In this document: piece by piece, positions 29,160 through 32,000 of the stretch | Layout of the letters: each line of letters opens with the position of its first letter | Numbering within the stretch: the first letter of the stretch is position 1 | Source of the DNA: Pseudidiomarina andamanensis | GTDB taxonomy: Bacteria; Pseudomonadota; Gammaproteobacteria; Enterobacterales; Alteromonadaceae | Length of the DNA: 32,000 nucleotides | Direction of reading: 5' to 3' | NCBI RefSeq assembly: GCF_009734345.1 | Contig: NZ_CP032551.1 | Location: 570,001-602,000, forward strand | Notes under the pieces: model-generated | Database searches by the model: none | What the model was told of the DNA's origin: nothing | Seen by the model: the letters and a program-made list of their open reading frames with translations, nothing else | Position numbers and translations under genes: made by a program

Positions 29160-29780
29160 TTACTCAGCCTGCGTCAAACCAGTTCCAAGCACTTGCAAAT
29201 AGGCAATCAAGGCTTCCATTTCTGTTTTGCCTGCAACTGCTGCCTTTGCACCGGCAATTTCTTCGTCGGTGTAAGGCGCTCCAAATGAACGGAATACTTC
29301 CATCTTCTTCGCTGTCAACTCACCATCAAGGGTGTTTTCAGCGAGCCATGGAAATCCTGGCATGTTTGACTCTGGAACCACGTCACGCGGATTCATCAAG
29401 TGAACATAGTGCCATTCGTCACTATAACGACCACCAACACGCGCAAGATCAGGACCCGTACGTTTTGAGCCCCATAAGAAAGGGCGCTCCCATACGTGCT
29501 CACCGGCGAGTGAATAATGACCGTAACGCTCAGTTTCCGAACGGAAAGGGCGGATCATTTGACTGTGACAGTTGTTACAGCCTTCACGAATATAAATATC
29601 ACGGCCTTCCATTTGCAGTGCGGTATATGGTTTTAATCCAACAACCGGTTCATTCGTCTGCTTTTGGAACAGTAGCGGGGTAATTTCAACCAGACCGCCA
29701 ATGGAAATGGCGATAGTCATGGCTACCGCCAGCCAACCAACACGTTTTTCAAGAAATGCGTGTTTAACGTTCTTGCTCAT
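29160..29780 (-). CDS. ccoO: cbb3-type cytochrome c oxidase subunit II (monoheme CcoO)
   Basis: 206 aa with an N-terminal TM anchor, CNNCH haem site and the conserved [13 protein letters not shown] and [16 protein letters not shown] blocks. Confidence 0.97.
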   Translation of the reverse strand: MSKNVKHAFLEKRVGWLAVAMTIAISIGGLVEITPLLFQKQTNEPVVGLKPYTALQMEGRDIYIREGCNNCHSQMIRPFRSETERYGHYSLAGEHVWERPFLWGSKRTGPDLARVGGRYSDEWHYVHLMNPRDVVPESNMPGFPWLAENTLDGELTAKKMEVFRSFGAPYTDEEIAGAKAAVAGKTEMEALIAYLQVLGTGLTQAE

Positions 29781-29792
29781 TATATCGACTCC

Positions 29793-31262
29793 TTAGGCTG
29801 ACTGAGTTGCTGCTGGAGCAGGGCTAGGTTGTGTAGATGCCGCACCAACATGTTCAACAGTTGGTTTGCCAGCACGAATAGTGCGATACACGTTCACGGC
29901 CATCAATACCATACCGGTGACGATAAATAAGCCACCAACAAAGCGGATAAACCAGAACGGATACGACGCAACGACACTCTCAACGAAACTATACGTTAAG
30001 GTACCGTCAGTTGCGTTCACCGCACGCCACATCAGACCTTGCATAACACCAGAAATCCAGAGGGCGACGATATACAGCACCACACCAATGGTGTGTAGCC
30101 AGAAGTGGATGTTGATCCAACGAACGTTGTGCATTTGCGTTTGGTTCCACAAACGTGGAATGAGGTAGTACAACGAGCCGATGGTGATCATTGCTACCCA
30201 ACCTAGTGCACCTGAGTGTACGTGGCCAATGGTCCAGTCAGTGTAGTGAGACAGCGCATTCACCGATTTAATCGCCATCATTGGGCCTTCGAACGTTGAC
30301 ATGCCGTAGAACGACAATGACACGATCAAGAAGCGCAAAATAGGGTCGGTTTTCAGTTTGTGCCACGCACCTGATAAAGTCATGATACCGTTAATCATAC
30401 CGCCCCATGACGGAACGAATAGAATCACTGACATCACCATACCTAACGACTGTGTCCAGTCTGGTAGCGCGGTATAGTGCAAGTGGTGCGGACCGGCCCA
30501 AATGTATAACGAGATAAGAGCCCAGAAGTGCACAACGGATAGGCGATAAGAGTAAACTGGGCGTTCAGCTTGTTTAGGAACAAAATAATACATCATGCCC
30601 AAAAAGCCTGCGGTTAATAGGAAACCTACCGCATTATGCCCATACCACCATTGAACCATTGCATCAGTTGCACCCGCATAGAGGCTGTATGATTTTGTGA
30701 ATGACACAGGAACAGCCATGCTGTTAACAATGTGCAACACGGCGATGGTCACAATAAAACCGCCATAGAACCAGTTGGCAACGTAAATGTGAGACGTTTT
30801 GCGCTGCACCAACGTACCAAAGAAGACAATGATATAAGCCACCCAAACGAGGGCAATCAAAATATCAATTGGCCATTCAAGCTCGGCATATTCTTTCGAG
30901 CTAGTTAAACCTAACGGCAAAGTAATAACTGCTAGGACAATAACCGCTTGCCAGCCCCAAAATACAAAGCTAGCTAACTTATCTGAGAATAACGCTGTTT
31001 TACATGTTTTCTGAACAATGTAGAACGATGTTCCCATCAAAGCAGACGTACCGAATGCGAAAATCACTGCATTGGTATGCAATGGACGTAACCGTGAATA
31101 GGTTAACCATGGCGTGTCAAAGTTTAATTCTGGCCAGATCAGCTGCGCAGCAATAAATACGCCGACTGTCATGCCAATGATTCCCCAAATTACGGTCATT
31201 ATGGCAAACTGCCGTACGACCTTTAGGTTGTATTCGATTTGTTGTGGATTCGTTTGGCTCAT
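29793..31262 (-). CDS. ccoN: cbb3-type cytochrome c oxidase subunit I (CcoN)
   Basis: 489 aa, 12+ TM haem-copper oxidase with typical CcoN blocks ([42 protein letters not shown]). Confidence 0.97.
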   Translation of the reverse strand: MSQTNPQQIEYNLKVVRQFAIMTVIWGIIGMTVGVFIAAQLIWPELNFDTPWLTYSRLRPLHTNAVIFAFGTSALMGTSFYIVQKTCKTALFSDKLASFVFWGWQAVIVLAVITLPLGLTSSKEYAELEWPIDILIALVWVAYIIVFFGTLVQRKTSHIYVANWFYGGFIVTIAVLHIVNSMAVPVSFTKSYSLYAGATDAMVQWWYGHNAVGFLLTAGFLGMMYYFVPKQAERPVYSYRLSVVHFWALISLYIWAGPHHLHYTALPDWTQSLGMVMSVILFVPSWGGMINGIMTLSGAWHKLKTDPILRFLIVSLSFYGMSTFEGPMMAIKSVNALSHYTDWTIGHVHSGALGWVAMITIGSLYYLIPRLWNQTQMHNVRWINIHFWLHTIGVVLYIVALWISGVMQGLMWRAVNATDGTLTYSFVESVVASYPFWFIRFVGGLFIVTGMVLMAVNVYRTIRAGKPTVEHVGAASTQPSPAPAATQSA

Positions 31263-31385
31263 TTTTGTTTTCCGCGTTGATGCTCTGAAAGATTAAGACA
31301 GAGTAACGTGACAAATAATAGGTTGCCTGTCCGTTCCCTTATCGGTAGTTTGACAAACGCAGTTATTTTACGAGTTTTGAACCAA

Positions 31386-31406
31386 GAAAAACAGGCTGAA
31401 AACAGG
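31386..31406. repeat. Tandem direct repeat GAAAA(A)CAGG x2 with 11-nt ACAGG spacing in the ccoN / lipoprotein divergent region
   Basis: GAAAAACAGG at 31386-31395 and GAAAACAGG at 31398-31406. A third ACAGG lies at 31422-31426. The repeats are 124-144 nt upstream of the ccoN ATG and 80-100 nt upstream of the lipoprotein ATG. Confidence 0.5.
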
Positions 31407-31485
31407 AAAAATAAGCGGTTTACAGGCGCTTGGCGAAATTTTATGCACTTCATCCAATTCCATTTTTTAGGTAAAAAATACCCTT

Positions 31486-31878
31486 ATGAAAGTTAAGGTC
31501 TTTATTTTCGCGCTTTTGAGCGTTTTCTTGTTAAGTAGTTGTGAACATCAACAACCACGACAACAGCATAGCTCAAAAGCAAAAATCTTCCATAAGATTG
31601 ATCCGGATCAACCTCTGGTGGAGGAGCCATTTGTGATTACTTTTACGACGCCAGCAGAAGTATTGCTGGAAAATGGCAAAATAGAAGGTATCTCTATGTA
31701 TATGGGAAGTATTCCGCTCATTCTCGAGCAAATTGCAGTTGGCAAATGGCAGGCGAAATTGTGGTTAGGCGCATGTAGCGATCCGCAAATGCAATGGCAG
31801 GGGACGGTGCCGTGGCGCCATCGCGAAAATTCAATACGCGGTGTTTACGTTTTTCAATTTAAGACAGAAACCAATTGA
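31486..31878 (+). CDS. Small lipoprotein of unknown function (possible FixH/YtkA-like Ig-fold domain)
   Basis: 130 aa with a clear lipoprotein signal peptide, MKVKVFIFALLSVFLLSS|C (lipobox LSSC). The mature part has a His-rich N-terminus (CEHQQPRQQHSSKAKIFH) and an IEGISMYMGSIP...GKWQAKLWLG pattern reminiscent of YtkA/FixH-like domains. There is no good SD. Confidence 0.75.
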   Translation: MKVKVFIFALLSVFLLSSCEHQQPRQQHSSKAKIFHKIDPDQPLVEEPFVITFTTPAEVLLENGKIEGISMYMGSIPLILEQIAVGKWQAKLWLGACSDPQMQWQGTVPWRHRENSIRGVYVFQFKTETN

Positions 31879-31951
31879 AACAATTAATACAAGTGTCAAA
31901 CCCAACAGCGTGCTATAGTTTTTTCAGTAACAAATTTAACAAGGTGGCTAC

Positions 31952-32000
31952 ATGTCTATCGCATTAATATGGATTTTGGTTGGCGTTGCGCTCATTATCT
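31952..32000 (+). CDS. 5' end of a membrane protein ORF running off the window
   Basis: ATG 31952 is preceded by AAGGTGG at 31941-31947. The translation MSIALIWILVGVALII is hydrophobic. Only 16 codons are visible, so identity is unknown. Confidence 0.5.
   Translation, partial: MSIALIWILVGVALII

Noticed and set aside
29246-29683. 145-aa plus-strand ORF antisense to ccoO. Similar long shadow ORFs occur at 184-480, 1161-1412, 1463-1753, 3769-4098, 7169-7525, 10132-10476, 15758-16090, 18596-18880, 23752-24072 and 29866-30168.
   Set aside because: All lie entirely within, and antisense to or out of frame with, strongly supported conserved genes. Their products are Arg/Ser/His/Cys-rich with no recognisable motifs or RBS. 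This is typical of frame-shadow ORFs.
31276-31289. TTGATGCTCTGAAA as a possible FNR/Anr box for ccoN.
   Set aside because: Only one half-site (TTGAT) matches. The second half (TGAAA versus ATCAA) matches 2/5. The element sits 14-27 nt from the ccoN ATG, which is too close to be a class II activator site.
31259-31453. 64-aa minus-strand ORF upstream of ccoN whose TGA overlaps the ccoN ATG (ATGA), a possible coupled upstream ORF.
   Set aside because: It would consume nearly the whole 223-bp control region, leaving 32 bp for two divergent promoters. It has only a weak GGA upstream, and its product is Phe/Leu/Lys-rich, as expected from translating AT-rich non-coding DNA. Ribosome profiling would be needed to revive it.

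Overview
This window is dense, almost fully coding core chromosome. By synteny it looks like a marine gammaproteobacterium of the Alteromonadales/Vibrionales/Shewanella type (inference). Gene order (> plus strand, < minus strand, | divergent junction): bioB(partial)-bioF-bioC-bioD > < pepE | htpX, class II DAHP synthase, short DUF1338 protein > < ppsR | ppsA, YdiJ-like FAD/Fe-S dehydrogenase > < leucine dehydrogenase | DUF4826-like > < roxA-purB-hflD-mnmA-rluE | polytopic membrane protein, Bax-like glucosaminidase > < ttcA, uspE, DsbD_2/TauE-like membrane protein, ccoS-ccoI-ccoH, intrinsic terminator, ccoP-ccoQ-ccoO-ccoN | small lipoprotein, then the start of one more membrane ORF. I saw no rRNA, tRNA, CRISPR array, IS/transposase, integrase, phage or toxin-antitoxin signatures, and no obvious composition break. 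I do not see convincing evidence for a self-contained novel multi-gene system (defence, secretion or mobile). Points worth a second look: (1) A short DUF1338 (HglS/YdcJ family) protein and a YdiJ-type D-2-hydroxyacid dehydrogenase bracket the pps locus, with a class II DAHP synthase in the slot where E. coli has aroH and leucine dehydrogenase abutting. (2) All five convergent gene junctions have zero or negative spacing, and three carry a hairpin whose loop is the shared stop codons. (3) fnr is exactly absent from the otherwise conserved cco-assembly/uspE/ttcA neighbourhood, and no FNR box lies upstream of ccoN. (4) Several intergenic palindromes and direct repeats look like uncharacterised operators. 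(5) Two poorly understood units: a membrane-protein/Bax-like pair, and a FixH/YtkA-like lipoprotein divergent from ccoN. All functional calls rest on my recognition of conserved motifs and remembered homologues. No database search was run.
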